Source: an uncultured bacterium
Lineage (GTDB): Bacteria > Oederibacteriota > PGYV01 > CAWJRG01
Direction of reading: 5' to 3'
Length of the DNA: 64,000 nt
Assembly (NCBI GenBank): GCA_963845185.1
Contig: CAWJRG010000009.1
Coordinates: 480,001-544,000 of the forward strand
Shown piece by piece: positions 52,232 to 62,296 of the stretch (positions are counted from its first letter, which is position 1; every line of letters begins with the position of its first letter). The translations under genes and the position numbers were made by a program. Below the pieces are notes generated by a model. The model had not been told where the DNA came from and searched no databases. It was given only the letters and a program-made list of their open reading frames with translations.

Positions 52232-52641
52232 AAAATCGCAATCTCAAAGATTCGTCTCAACCCGAACAATCCACGTCATGTGATAATAAAAATGACTGGG
52301 GACAGACCTTACCTTTCGGCAAGCTCAGGACTATGCTTGTTGCGGAGTTTTCGGCTTAATTAGCTTCAAAATGGCAAAGGGATGAAGGACTAAAAGATGC
52401 AAGTGATTATTGCAATAGCGGTTTTAATATTATCCGGCCTTACATTTTTACTCCCACTCCGCGAAAACCCGCCAGTAGAGGCGGGATTGGATAGCGCTAC
52501 GGCACCACTTGTGCTGATAAGGCCAGCACTGGAACGGGTGCTTGATCCCGTAATGTTTTGCCGGCGCCTTCGGCTTGGCAAAACAAACGATATCAAGGGA
52601 TGGAGCGTATTAAGAAATTTCTATGGCATGAAAAACCAATA
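52232..52641 (+). repeat. Direct repeat copy 2; includes structured element copy E (52502-52597) and a ParB-like start MKIAISKIRLNPNNPR (ATG 52229)
   Basis: Identical to 47887-48202 over 316 bp. Confidence 0.9.
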
Positions 52642-52801
52642 GATAAAGGCAAAGTTCAAGGTTCAACAGAAAAGACGTGCGGCGTGCAATTATGCGTGTC
52701 CCGCTCGGACTGACGCCCTTGACCGGGGACTGTATTCCATAAATTTTTACTTCGTAAAAATAACGGACTACAGCCGCGTGGGACGGAAAGGCAAAGAAAT
52801 A

Positions 52802-52954
52802 ATGAATTATAGCCGGATAAAGGAACTTCATTACATCTGCCATATTGAGAATCTTGAATCCATAATCAAGATCGGGCTATTGTGCCATGAAAAGGCAAAA
52901 GAGTTCCGGCATGCCGATGTTTTCATGCCTGAGGTTCAGGACAGGCGGGATTAA
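52802..52954 (+). pseudogene. darT: Truncated DarT (DUF4433) DNA ADP-ribosyltransferase N-terminus, 50 aa
   Basis: LHYICHIENLESIIKIGLLCH...DV....VQDRR* resembles the DarT N-terminal YH.TH..NL.SI...GL pattern. Confidence 0.6.
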
Positions 52955-52989
52955 AAGTTTAGCCGGAGATGAAACTATTCATCTCCGGC
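52953..52989 (-). terminator. Terminator-like hairpin for the minus-strand small ORF
   Basis: GCCGGAGATGAA / TTCATCTCCGGC stem, followed on the minus strand by TAAACTTTT. Confidence 0.55.
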
Positions 52990-53006
52990 CCAATAATATG
53001 TGGGTT

Positions 53007-53174
53007 TTACCACAGGCTAAACTGAAATACTTCAGGCTTTTCGTTGAAGTCAGCCTTGAGTTCTTCCGGCAACCTGTGCCAGTTTGTCAGCTTGCAGCAG
53101 CCAGTCCGATTCTTGAGATAGTACACAAGTTCGCCGGCTCCAAGCTTGTCTCCGAAAATGTCTGTGTGTATCAT
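53007..53174 (-). CDS. 55-aa hypothetical small protein
   Basis: RBS GAAAGGAGGTG before ATG; MIHTDIFGDKLGAGELVYYLKNRTGCCKLTNWHRLPEELKADFNEKPEVFQFSLW; hairpin downstream. Confidence 0.6.
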   Translation of the reverse strand: MIHTDIFGDKLGAGELVYYLKNRTGCCKLTNWHRLPEELKADFNEKPEVFQFSLW

Positions 53175-53324
53175 ATAGCTTCACCTCCTTTCTTTATATA
53201 ATAGGACTTAATAATTATATTTTTTATGTAATTTATATTAAAATATGATATAAATAGCATAGTTTATATATTTTTCTTGACAAACTGTATTTTTTATGCT
53301 AAATATATCAATAAGAGGTATAAA

Positions 53325-54152
53325 ATGAATAAAATATACAGTAAAACTTTAGGACCAAGAGAATCACAGCTTATTACCATGTTGTATGAATTAAATAAGC
53401 CGGTTTTTAAACTAAGCGACGTGAAAAAGGCCATGAATATCGGCGGAATACGGGCAGCAAACATTGTGAGCAGACTGAACGCAAAAGGCGTGGTATCGCG
53501 TGTTAAGCAGGGGCTTTACAGCATAGTGCCGTCTGAAATGGGCAGGGAAAAGACATACGCGCCTGACCCATCTATAACAGCAAGGGAAATCATGGGCAAT
53601 AAGGAATACTATATTTCCTTCGCGTCTGCGCTGCAGATACACGACATGACCACGCAGCCGCAACTGATAAATTACGTGTCGGTTAAAAATATGATGAGGC
53701 CGGTTACAGCAGCAGGGAATAAATACAGGTTTATATTCACAAAGAAAGAATATTTTTTCGGCCTGGAGGATTTCTGGGTTACAAAACAGGAAAAAGTTAA
53801 AGTAAGCAGCCCGGAAAAAACAATAATAGATTGCCTGCATTTTCCAAAATACTGCGGAGGAATCACCGAGGCGGCAAAGGCCATGTACATGAAAAGGGAC
53901 AGCCTGAAGAAAGACCTGCTTATTGAATACGCGAAGAAAATGGGGACAGGCAGCGTGCGGGCCAGGCTCGGTTACCTGATGGAACTCTATGAAATGGCCG
54001 GAGAAAAAGAAATTGAAACACTGAAAGAAAACCCCGGCGCTTCATACGTTTTGCTCGACCCCGCGCTCCCAAAAGAAGGAAAATACATGAACAGGTGGAT
54101 GCTGTTCCTGAACGTACCAGGGGAAGAACTGAAAAATATAGGGAGGACGTAA
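53325..54152 (+). CDS. abiEi: Type IV toxin-antitoxin antitoxin, AbiEi family
   Basis: N-terminal wHTH with RVKQGLY, YYISFASAL..HDMTTQ, SSPEKTIIDC, RLGYL; ATG after AGAGG. Confidence 0.85.
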   Translation: MNKIYSKTLGPRESQLITMLYELNKPVFKLSDVKKAMNIGGIRAANIVSRLNAKGVVSRVKQGLYSIVPSEMGREKTYAPDPSITAREIMGNKEYYISFASALQIHDMTTQPQLINYVSVKNMMRPVTAAGNKYRFIFTKKEYFFGLEDFWVTKQEKVKVSSPEKTIIDCLHFPKYCGGITEAAKAMYMKRDSLKKDLLIEYAKKMGTGSVRARLGYLMELYEMAGEKEIETLKENPGASYVLLDPALPKEGKYMNRWMLFLNVPGEELKNIGRT

Positions 54153-54153
54153 T

Positions 54154-54990
54154 TTGATACCGCAAAAAAATTTGTCGATGCTTGCAAACAGGCTCTTAAA
54201 GGAAAACGGCGGGCAGAGGATACAGGAACAAATCCTGGAACGGGATTACTGCGTTTCGTGGTTTCTCGCAGGGCTTGACAACAGCGATTTGAAAAACAAA
54301 CTCGTTTTCAAAGGCGGCACTGCGCTGAAAAAATGTTATTTTTTGGATTACAGGTTCTCGGAAGATATGGATTTCACCATGAAGGAGGATAATAATTTTG
54401 ACCAAATCAGGCAGGGGTTTAACCTGATATTTGAAAATGTTCAAAAAGCATCGGGCATAAGAATGGAATTTTCCAGGCCCGACCCGGATTCCCACCGGAA
54501 CAGCCATACTTTTTATATTTTTTACGACGGGCCGCTTCCAAAAACAAAACCGAGAGAGCTGAAAACAGACATCACTATAAAGGAAAAAATTATTACACCC
54601 GTGGAAACAAGGCAATTGCTCTCATACGGCGAATATGAGGACATGCCGAAAGCAAGCGTAATTTCCTACAGCCTTGAAGAAATAGCAGTTGAAAAAATAT
54701 GCGCGCTTTTTGACAAGGCGAGAAATGAACCCCGCGACCTTTACGACATCTGGTATTTGCTTAAAGACAGGCATATTGAATCCGGCGATTTGAAAAGCGG
54801 TGTCGAAGCAAAAATGAAATTTAAGGAAAAGGATTTTATTGCCGGCGGAAAAGAATTTATAGAAAAAGAGGCAAGATTGAGGAAATTATGGGAAAAGAGG
54901 CTCGCCGTACAGACGGCAAATATGCCGATGTTTGACGAGGTTTACAGGCTGGTTAAAAGAGAACTGAAAAAAGCATCATTGATTGAATGA
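54154..54990 (+). CDS. abiEii: Type IV toxin-antitoxin toxin, AbiEii nucleotidyltransferase
   Basis: LERDY, FKGGTALKKCY...RFSEDMDF, EK..AL..R..PRDLYD; TTG start coupled to abiEi. Confidence 0.88.
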   Translation: MIPQKNLSMLANRLLKENGGQRIQEQILERDYCVSWFLAGLDNSDLKNKLVFKGGTALKKCYFLDYRFSEDMDFTMKEDNNFDQIRQGFNLIFENVQKASGIRMEFSRPDPDSHRNSHTFYIFYDGPLPKTKPRELKTDITIKEKIITPVETRQLLSYGEYEDMPKASVISYSLEEIAVEKICALFDKARNEPRDLYDIWYLLKDRHIESGDLKSGVEAKMKFKEKDFIAGGKEFIEKEARLRKLWEKRLAVQTANMPMFDEVYRLVKRELKKASLIE

Positions 54991-55033
54991 AAACAACAGG
55001 TTAAAATAGTTACAAATTTTCGGGAGATAAAGA

Positions 55034-58000
55034 ATGAAAGCATTTTTTGAGTCTGAAATTGAGAGTTTTTGCATAGATGAACTGAAAAAAATAAAGTATT
55101 CCTACATACCCGGGCCGATGATCGCGCCGGATACGGTTGAAACGGAAGAATTGCCTCTAGTTGCCGAAGAGCACGCTGATTACGGTTTAGCGAAAAGGCG
55201 GAGCTATGAGGACGTCATCCTCTTTGACCAGCTTGAAAAAGCCGTCGAGAAAATCAATCCCACTATACCCGCAAGCGCCATGGAAGAGGCGATAAAAGCA
55301 GTCCGCACAATCTACTCGCCGCAGCTAATAGATGCCAATGAAAAATTCCATAAAATGCTCACTGAAGGCGTTCCTGTCAGCGTCAATAAAGACGGACAGG
55401 AACGGGGGGAAACTGTATGGCTCCTCGACTTTAACAAACCGGAAACCAACACTTTTTACGCCATAAACCAGTTTACCGTAATGGAAAAAAACCAGACAAA
55501 AAGGCCCGATATCATCCTTTTTATAAACGGTCTGCCGCTTGTTGTCATGGAGCTGAAAAACCCGGGCGATGAAAACGCCACGGTCAGGAAAGCATTTGAC
55601 CAGATACAGACATATAAAGCTGTTATTCCTTCACTGTTCTTTTATAACACCGTATGCGTAATAACGGACGGGCTTGAAGCAAGGGCAGGCACCATATCCT
55701 CGCCTTATTCGCGTTTCCTCGCGTGGAAAAGCGCTGACGGCAAAAAAGAAGCGCCGTCCGTGACAGGCCAGATAGAAGTCATGTTAAAAGGCATGCTTAA
55801 CCCGAAAACTTTGCTTGACTTAATAAGAAACTTCATAGTTTTTGAGAAAGAAGAAAAGATAGACAAAAAAACAGGGCTGAAACAAATAGAAACCGTGAAA
55901 AAAGCCGCACAATATCACCAGTATTACGCTGTTAATAAAGCAGTGGAACGGACAATACAGGCGAGGAAAAAGGGCGGCAGAAAAGCAGGCGTGGTATGGC
56001 ACACGCAGGGATCGGGCAAGAGCATATCAATGGTATTTTACGCCGGCAAGCTGATACACGAGATGAACAACCCGACAATCGTCGTTATCACTGACCGCAA
56101 CGATCTTGACAACCAGCTTTTTGATACGTTCGCGGCCTCGACCCAGCTATTGCGACAGGCGCCTGTGCAGGCTGAATCCAAAGAAGGATTAAAAACCCTT
56201 TTAAAAGAATCCAAGAAGAAAATCATATTCACGACAATACAGAAATTTTTTCCTGATGACGAAACCGGCGTTTACGGGGAACTGTCGGACAGCGATAATA
56301 TAATAGTGATTGCGGATGAGGCACACCGCACCCAGTACGGGCTTAACGCAAAAGTAGTTGATGTAAAGGATAAAAAGGGGAACGTCAAAGGCAAAAAAAT
56401 AACTTATGGTTTCGCCAAACACCTGCGCGACGCCATTCCAAACGCGACGTTTATAGGGTTTACAGGCACGCCCGTCGAAAAAGCCGATATAAATACGCCT
56501 GCTGTTTTCGGCGACTATATAGACGTTTACGATATCGCGCAGTCCGTGGACGACGGCGCGACAGTGAGGATATATTATGAAAGCAGGCTCGCAAAGGTTA
56601 ATATAACAAAAGAGGGCCGTAAACTTATAGAAGAGTTTGAGAAAGAGATGGACGAGGACGGGGCGACTGAATCGCAGAAAGCAAAGATAAAATGGACAAA
56701 ACTTGAATCCATAGTGGGGAACCCGGAGCGCGTAAAAAACCTTGCGAACGACATAATCCGGCATTATGAAGACAGGACAAAACTTATATAAGGCAAGGCA
56801 ATGATAGTGGCCATGAGCAGACGCATAGCAGTGGCGCTCTATGACGAAATAATAAAAATCAGGCCGCAGTGGCATTCGGAGGAATTAACAAAAGGGGCAA
56901 TTAAGGTTGTTATGACGTCTTCGTCGTCGGACAAACTTCAATATGACCCCGAAGACCCGGAAGGGCTCGTAATACCCGCTTATCACAGAACTGATAAAAA
57001 AGACAGGACTTTGCTCGCGGAAAGAATAAAAGACCCTGACGACCCTTTGAAAATTGTTATAGTAAGGGATATGTGGCTCACGGGTTTTGACGTGCCGTGC
57101 CTGCATACAATGTACATAGACAAGCTCATGAAAGGCCATACTTTAATGCAGGCAATAGCAAGGGTAAACAGGGTATTTAAAGACAAGCCCGGCGGGCTTA
57201 TTGTGGACTACATAGGCATAGGCAATGCCCTGAAAGAGGCCCTGTCGTTTTATTCCGGCGCAGGAGGCAAAGGCAGGCCGGCAGAGACGGAAGAAAAGGC
57301 CGTGGGAATGCTGCTGGAAAAAATCGAGGTTGTGAGGCAGATGTTTCACGGCATTAATATTAAAAAGTTTTTTACGTCCTCGACATCCGAAAAATTATCC
57401 ATCATATTGCAGGCCGAGGAGCATATTTTAGGGCTTGAAAAGGGCAAGGAGAGATTCATAAGGGAATCCACAATACTATCGAGAGTTTACGCTATAGCAG
57501 GAACAAATGAAACCGCGCTGGATTTGAGGGATGAGGTAGCTCTTTACCAGGCAATCAGGGCAAGGTTTCTTAAGTTCGAAGGCACAGATGAGGAGCAAAA
57601 AAACAGGAATTATGAATCGGCAATAAAGCAGATTATAAACGAGGCGGTCGAGTCAACCGAAGTAATGGATATATTTGAGGCTGCCGGGATAAAAAGGCCT
57701 GAAATATCCCTGCTGTCGGACGAATTTTTGCAGGAAGTAAAAGACATGCAGCATAAGAACCTGGCTTTTGAGCTTCTAAAAAAAATACTCAATGATGAAA
57801 TCAATGTCAGGGTAAAATTCAATATCACAGAAAGCAAAAGGCTGCTTGTAATGCTGGAAAACGCGATTAAAAAATACCAGAATAATTTACTTACAACAGC
57901 GGAAATAATAGAGGAAATGATAAAGATAGCCAAAGAAATAAAAGACATGGACGGGTGCGCTGAAAAACTTAATCTTTCAAAAGAGGAGTTTGCTTTTTAC

Positions 58001-58258
58001 TCTGCGCTCGAGACAAACGACAGCGCGGTCAAAGTACTCGGTGATGATACGCTCAGGACAATAGCGAGGGAAATAGCGGAAAAGGTGAGGCAGAACGCGA
58101 CAATAGACTGGACGATGAAAGAAAGCGCAAGGGCGAAGATAATGGTTCTCGTAAAGCGCACTTTGAATAAATACGGCTATCCGCCGGATAAACAGCAAAA
58201 GGCCGTGGATATAGTACTGAAGCAGGCTGAAGTCATGGCGGATTTCTGGACGAAATAA
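55034..58258 (+). pseudogene. hsdR: Type I restriction enzyme R subunit with a single in-frame stop
   Basis: [56 protein letters not shown]; the two ORFs are in frame across TAA 56789-56791 (KLI*GKAMIV). Confidence 0.88.
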
Positions 58259-58276
58259 AATAAACAGGTAAAAGAA

Positions 58277-58975
58277 ATGAAAGAAAATAATCTAAAAAAA
58301 ATAACAAAGCCATCCTTGTGGGATGCCGGACATGCTGTAATAACCGGTATCCTGCCGCCTGTTGCCGCTCAGTTTTTTGGACTTATAGTTGCTCCACCAA
58401 TTTCAAAACGAAGAGATGAATTTTTAGCAGGATTATATGAAGACATAATGAAATTAAAAAAACAAATTAAAAGTTTCGACGAGAAGAAGCTGGAAAATAA
58501 CGAGCTATTTCAAACAATGGTATTTAATGCCGCGAGGATCGCCATTTCTACACACCAAAAAGAAAAAATTGAAGCGCTAAAAAATGCCGTTTTAAACTCT
58601 ATAATTGAGCCTGAAATTAATGAAAGCGTACAACTGCTTTTTTTAAACTATATTGATCGTTTGTTGCCGATTCATTTAATGTTACTCGATTTTTTTAAAA
58701 AACCGTATGACTATTGTCTGAATAAGAAAGTTGATATGCGCTTGCTTTCTAATGCTTCGATTTGGACTCTCTTAAATAAAGCTATTCCTGGCATTGAAAG
58801 ATCCTTGCTTATGCAAATAATTAATGATCTTTATAACTATGGCTTTATTACTGTCTCTGGTTCAAATATTGAAGCTGCGATAGAGCCATTTTTTAGAGCG
58901 ATTTATAACGAATGCACAACACCATTAGGAAATAGTTTTATTAAATTTATAACTTCCCCAATAAAAGAAAGTTAA
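58277..58975 (+). CDS. Hypothetical protein, AT-rich, loosely Abi-alpha/DUF4393-like architecture
   Basis: EKIEALKNAVLNS...FLNYIDRL...wHTH-like tail L.NYGFI...TPLGNSFIKFI. Confidence 0.5.
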   Translation: MKENNLKKITKPSLWDAGHAVITGILPPVAAQFFGLIVAPPISKRRDEFLAGLYEDIMKLKKQIKSFDEKKLENNELFQTMVFNAARIAISTHQKEKIEALKNAVLNSIIEPEINESVQLLFLNYIDRLLPIHLMLLDFFKKPYDYCLNKKVDMRLLSNASIWTLLNKAIPGIERSLLMQIINDLYNYGFITVSGSNIEAAIEPFFRAIYNECTTPLGNSFIKFITSPIKES

Positions 58976-59094
58976 ATCAATACCTGCAATTTAGTAACGA
59001 AGTTTTTCGGCTTAATGGCGCTGCGCAATTCGGGGGATTCACTAACTTGTAGGCAAATAATTATTATAAGCCCGGGCTTGACCTCCACTATTTT

Positions 59095-59188
59095 GTAGAG
59101 ATAACCCTCGGGGCTTTCTAGCTCTTAGACGCCCCTTAGGGGCGTCTCTACAACGACAAGAATGAGCGGCAGAAAGCCGCCGCTCTAC
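59095..59188. repeat. Cluster of GTAG/CTAC REP-like palindromes
   Basis: GTAGAGATAACCCTCGGGG..., AGACGCCCC-TTA-GGGGCGTCT-CTAC, GCGGC-AGAAA-GCCGC-CGCTCTAC. Confidence 0.6.
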
Positions 59189-59293
59189 AACAACAAATAA
59201 AGGCTGGAGCTCAAACGAACCACTATTATAAAAACGATTGATATGGCGTTGATGGGATTTGGAAAACCAAAAATAATATGATATAATTCTTGT

Positions 59294-62092
59294 ATGAAAA
59301 AAATATCAATCCTTATACTTGCAGCGGTTTTATTCGGCTTCACATACCTGCACCCTGCATATTATGACATCCGCCTGAATTCCCTTGGCTTTCTCCCGAC
59401 AGGCGACAAGAAAGCTTCCATTGACGTTTCCTGCACAACATTTAACCTGGTCAGGGCATCGGACGGCACAGCCGTCAGCACAGGCACAGTGAGCGGACCT
59501 TTTGCGGCAGCGGACAGCGGCGAGACAATATGGATCGCGGATTTTTCATCATACACAACGCCGGGCACTTATTTTTTAAGCGTCCCGGGAGTCGGGAACT
59601 CCATTGATTTTAATATTGCGGACGGCATTTATAACAACGCTTTTTACATGGCAATGAAGGCGCTTTATTTGGCCCGCTGCGGCACGGCAGTATCGTATAC
59701 ATATCCTGCGGACAGCAACACGTACGCGCACGGTTTATGCCATGACAACGACGCGTACCTTGACAATGTGGGAGGGCCGGCGGGCGCGACAAAAACCTCT
59801 AAGGAAGGATGGCACGACGCAGGCGATTATAACAAATACATTGTCGACGCAGGCGAGACGCTCGGCATGTTGTTCATCGGCTGGGAGCAGTTCCAGAATA
59901 AGATAAGCCAGATACCGTTAAACCTGCCGGTGACTGCTGCGGGATACCCTGAATACCTTGAGGAAATAAAATGGGAGACAGACTGGTTTTTGACCATGCA
60001 AACAGCAAACGGTGGGGTGTACGACAAAGTAAGCGAGGTTACTTTCTGCGGTTTTATCATGCCTGAGGCAAACACGGTCAACAGGTATTTCTGGGGATAC
60101 AATAACATCGGCACGGTTGAAACGGCAATATTCTGCGCAACAATGGCCATGGCATCAAGGATTTTTGCGCCTTATGACTCAGCGTATTCTACAACTTGCC
60201 TTAATGAGGCTAATGCAGCGTACAGCTACCTTATAAATAATCCGGTCGATACAGTGGCAAACGTTTCCGGCTGCGGCACAGGCAATGCCACAAGCAGCGA
60301 CCCGGAACAGGCCAGGCTGTGGGCAGCGGCAGAGATGTGGGAGACCACAGGGAACAGCGCAATGCTGACGGATTTTGAGACAAGGGCAGCCAGCTACGCT
60401 CCAAACTACGTTGACGTTGATTTTGACTGGGAAGGCGACAAAAACCTGGGCATGTACACATACGCGCTGTCAGCCAAAGCAGGCAGGAACCCTGCGCTGC
60501 TCGCCGCCATACAAAACAACATCATATACGACGCAAACAGCATAACAACAACGACAGCAAGCCATCCTTACGGACGGCCGCTCGGCACGAATTATTACTG
60601 GGGCTGCAACGGCAGCAACGCAAGGACCTCGATGCTGCTGCAGATAGCAAACCAGCTGTCGCCCAGCACAAATTATATCAACGGAGTGATTGACGCAGTT
60701 TCGTATTTATACGGAAGGAACACGCACGACAGGTCGTATGTGACAGGGGTAGGGATTTACGCGCCCATGAACCCGCACCACAGGCCGTCAGGTTCAGACG
60801 GAATAGTAAACCCCTGGCCCGGGTACCTTGTCGGAGGCTCAGCAGGCAATAACCAGCAGGACCCGGTATTGACGCTTACGCCGACAGGATTGCCGCCGGC
60901 TGAATACTGGGCGGACCAGCAAAATTCCTGGTCGTCGAATGAAGTATGCCTGAACTGGCAGGGCGCCCTTGTGTACGCGCTCAGCGGGTGCATAGGGAAC
61001 GCAGGCCCCAGTCCTACGCCCACGCCTGCTGCAGTGCCTGCCTCATGCGGCACAGGCATAACAATAGACGGAAACCTGAACGACGCGGCATGGCAGACAG
61101 GCGACTGGGCGTCGTTTAACAGGCTTGTGTCGGGCTTGGACCCAAACGGCACGAGCGCGAAGTTCAAGGTGAGATGGGACAACAACTACCTTTATGTAGC
61201 TGTCGCGGTTTCGACAAGCTCACCGCATAATGACTCGGTAAATTATTTCGACGACGACTCGGTCGAGATATACCTTGATATGTTTCACGACAAGTCAGCG
61301 GCATATAACCCGGGAGCCTTGAATGATTTTGAGTTTTCCATGCGGTATAACGACCAGACAATAAGGGGGCAATATACCACGGGCGTGCTGGGGCACACGG
61401 CCGCTACGCCTGACGGCTACGCAGTGGAGATGGCGTTTCCGTGGACAACGCTGAACGCCACGCCTTTGGCCGGAGCAATTTACGGTTTTGATGTGGGAAT
61501 AAACGTAAATCCAAACGGAGGCACGCCGCGCGACGGGGTGCTCATGTGGCACGGGGACTCAAACAACTGGCAAGACACAAGCAAATTCGGCGATATGCAG
61601 CTGGGCCTGGCATGCGGTTCATCGCCTACTTATACAATATCACCTACAGCCACGCAAACAGTGAGTGCCACGTGCACCGTGCCAGGCGCCACGTTAACTG
61701 CAACTGCTTTTGAAACAAATACTTTAACGCCGACGCCTGCAATCACGGCTACGCCAACCAGTGTGACTTCCGGGAACCTGGAGATTGGCCCGATAAAGCC
61801 ATATCCAAACCCGTACAATCCTGCGTTAGAGCCTTTAAAAATCCGGGTTAACATGACCCCCACTGATATAGACAGCATAAAGCTGGAGATATATACAATG
61901 GCATACAGGCTAATAAAGGAAAAGACATTTGAGGGCACGGAAATGGAACAAGTCGGGGACGGGGTTATTTTAACCTGTGAAAATAATGAACTCAGCGGAC
62001 TCAGCTCAGGGACATATTATTATTTTGTAGTTGCTGAAAAAGACGGAGCCAAGGCAAGATCCAGGGCAGACACGATTATCATATTAAGATAG
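59294..62092 (+). CDS. Secreted glycoside hydrolase family 9 with CBM9-like domain and sorting-like CTD
   Basis: GWHDAGDYNKY, WETDWFLTMQ, SYVTGVG...PHHRPS, NEVCLNWQG; IDGNLND..W, WDNNYLYVAV, DSVEIYLD; PYPNPYNP...IIILR. Confidence 0.88.
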   Translation: MKKISILILAAVLFGFTYLHPAYYDIRLNSLGFLPTGDKKASIDVSCTTFNLVRASDGTAVSTGTVSGPFAAADSGETIWIADFSSYTTPGTYFLSVPGVGNSIDFNIADGIYNNAFYMAMKALYLARCGTAVSYTYPADSNTYAHGLCHDNDAYLDNVGGPAGATKTSKEGWHDAGDYNKYIVDAGETLGMLFIGWEQFQNKISQIPLNLPVTAAGYPEYLEEIKWETDWFLTMQTANGGVYDKVSEVTFCGFIMPEANTVNRYFWGYNNIGTVETAIFCATMAMASRIFAPYDSAYSTTCLNEANAAYSYLINNPVDTVANVSGCGTGNATSSDPEQARLWAAAEMWETTGNSAMLTDFETRAASYAPNYVDVDFDWEGDKNLGMYTYALSAKAGRNPALLAAIQNNIIYDANSITTTTASHPYGRPLGTNYYWGCNGSNARTSMLLQIANQLSPSTNYINGVIDAVSYLYGRNTHDRSYVTGVGIYAPMNPHHRPSGSDGIVNPWPGYLVGGSAGNNQQDPVLTLTPTGLPPAEYWADQQNSWSSNEVCLNWQGALVYALSGCIGNAGPSPTPTPAAVPASCGTGITIDGNLNDAAWQTGDWASFNRLVSGLDPNGTSAKFKVRWDNNYLYVAVAVSTSSPHNDSVNYFDDDSVEIYLDMFHDKSAAYNPGALNDFEFSMRYNDQTIRGQYTTGVLGHTAATPDGYAVEMAFPWTTLNATPLAGAIYGFDVGINVNPNGGTPRDGVLMWHGDSNNWQDTSKFGDMQLGLACGSSPTYTISPTATQTVSATCTVPGATLTATAFETNTLTPTPAITATPTSVTSGNLEIGPIKPYPNPYNPALEPLKIRVNMTPTDIDSIKLEIYTMAYRLIKEKTFEGTEMEQVGDGVILTCENNELSGLSSGTYYYFVVAEKDGAKARSRADTIIILR

Positions 62093-62178
62093 TTTAAAAA
62101 ATTTGAAAATCCCGGAAAAGGAGCTTATTATTTTATCGCTCTTTTTCACTTTCTCATATTGAATTTGTATTTTATATC

Positions 62179-62207
62179 TTGAAACTTTTAATAGTTTGTG
62201 GTATACT
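62179..62207 (+). promoter_or_regulatory. Putative sigma70 promoter
   Basis: TTGAAA-17 bp-TATACT with extended -10 TG. Confidence 0.5.
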
Positions 62208-62296
62208 TTAGCCAGATATTAATAAAAACGCTTTCGCTTGGTGATTTAAACGGTGAATTAGAAAAGTAAAATGCAATCAAAGTCCAGGGGCGTGTT

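Noticed and set aside
52957..52972. TTTAGCCGGAGATG match to the start of the 300-bp repeat
   Set aside because: Only ~14 bp and explained as one arm of a terminator-like hairpin
52887..53201. 104-aa + strand ORF
   Set aside because: Overlaps the darT fragment out of frame and the better-supported minus-strand small gene; no RBS
23344..56791. TAA recoding suggested by in-frame TAA in the cNMP gene and hsdR
   Set aside because: TAA terminates most intact genes here, and the two sites imply different residues (Leu and probably Glu)
47200..59000. Classical integron cassette array
   Set aside because: No intI integrase and no RYYYAAC/GTTRRRY attC boxes found
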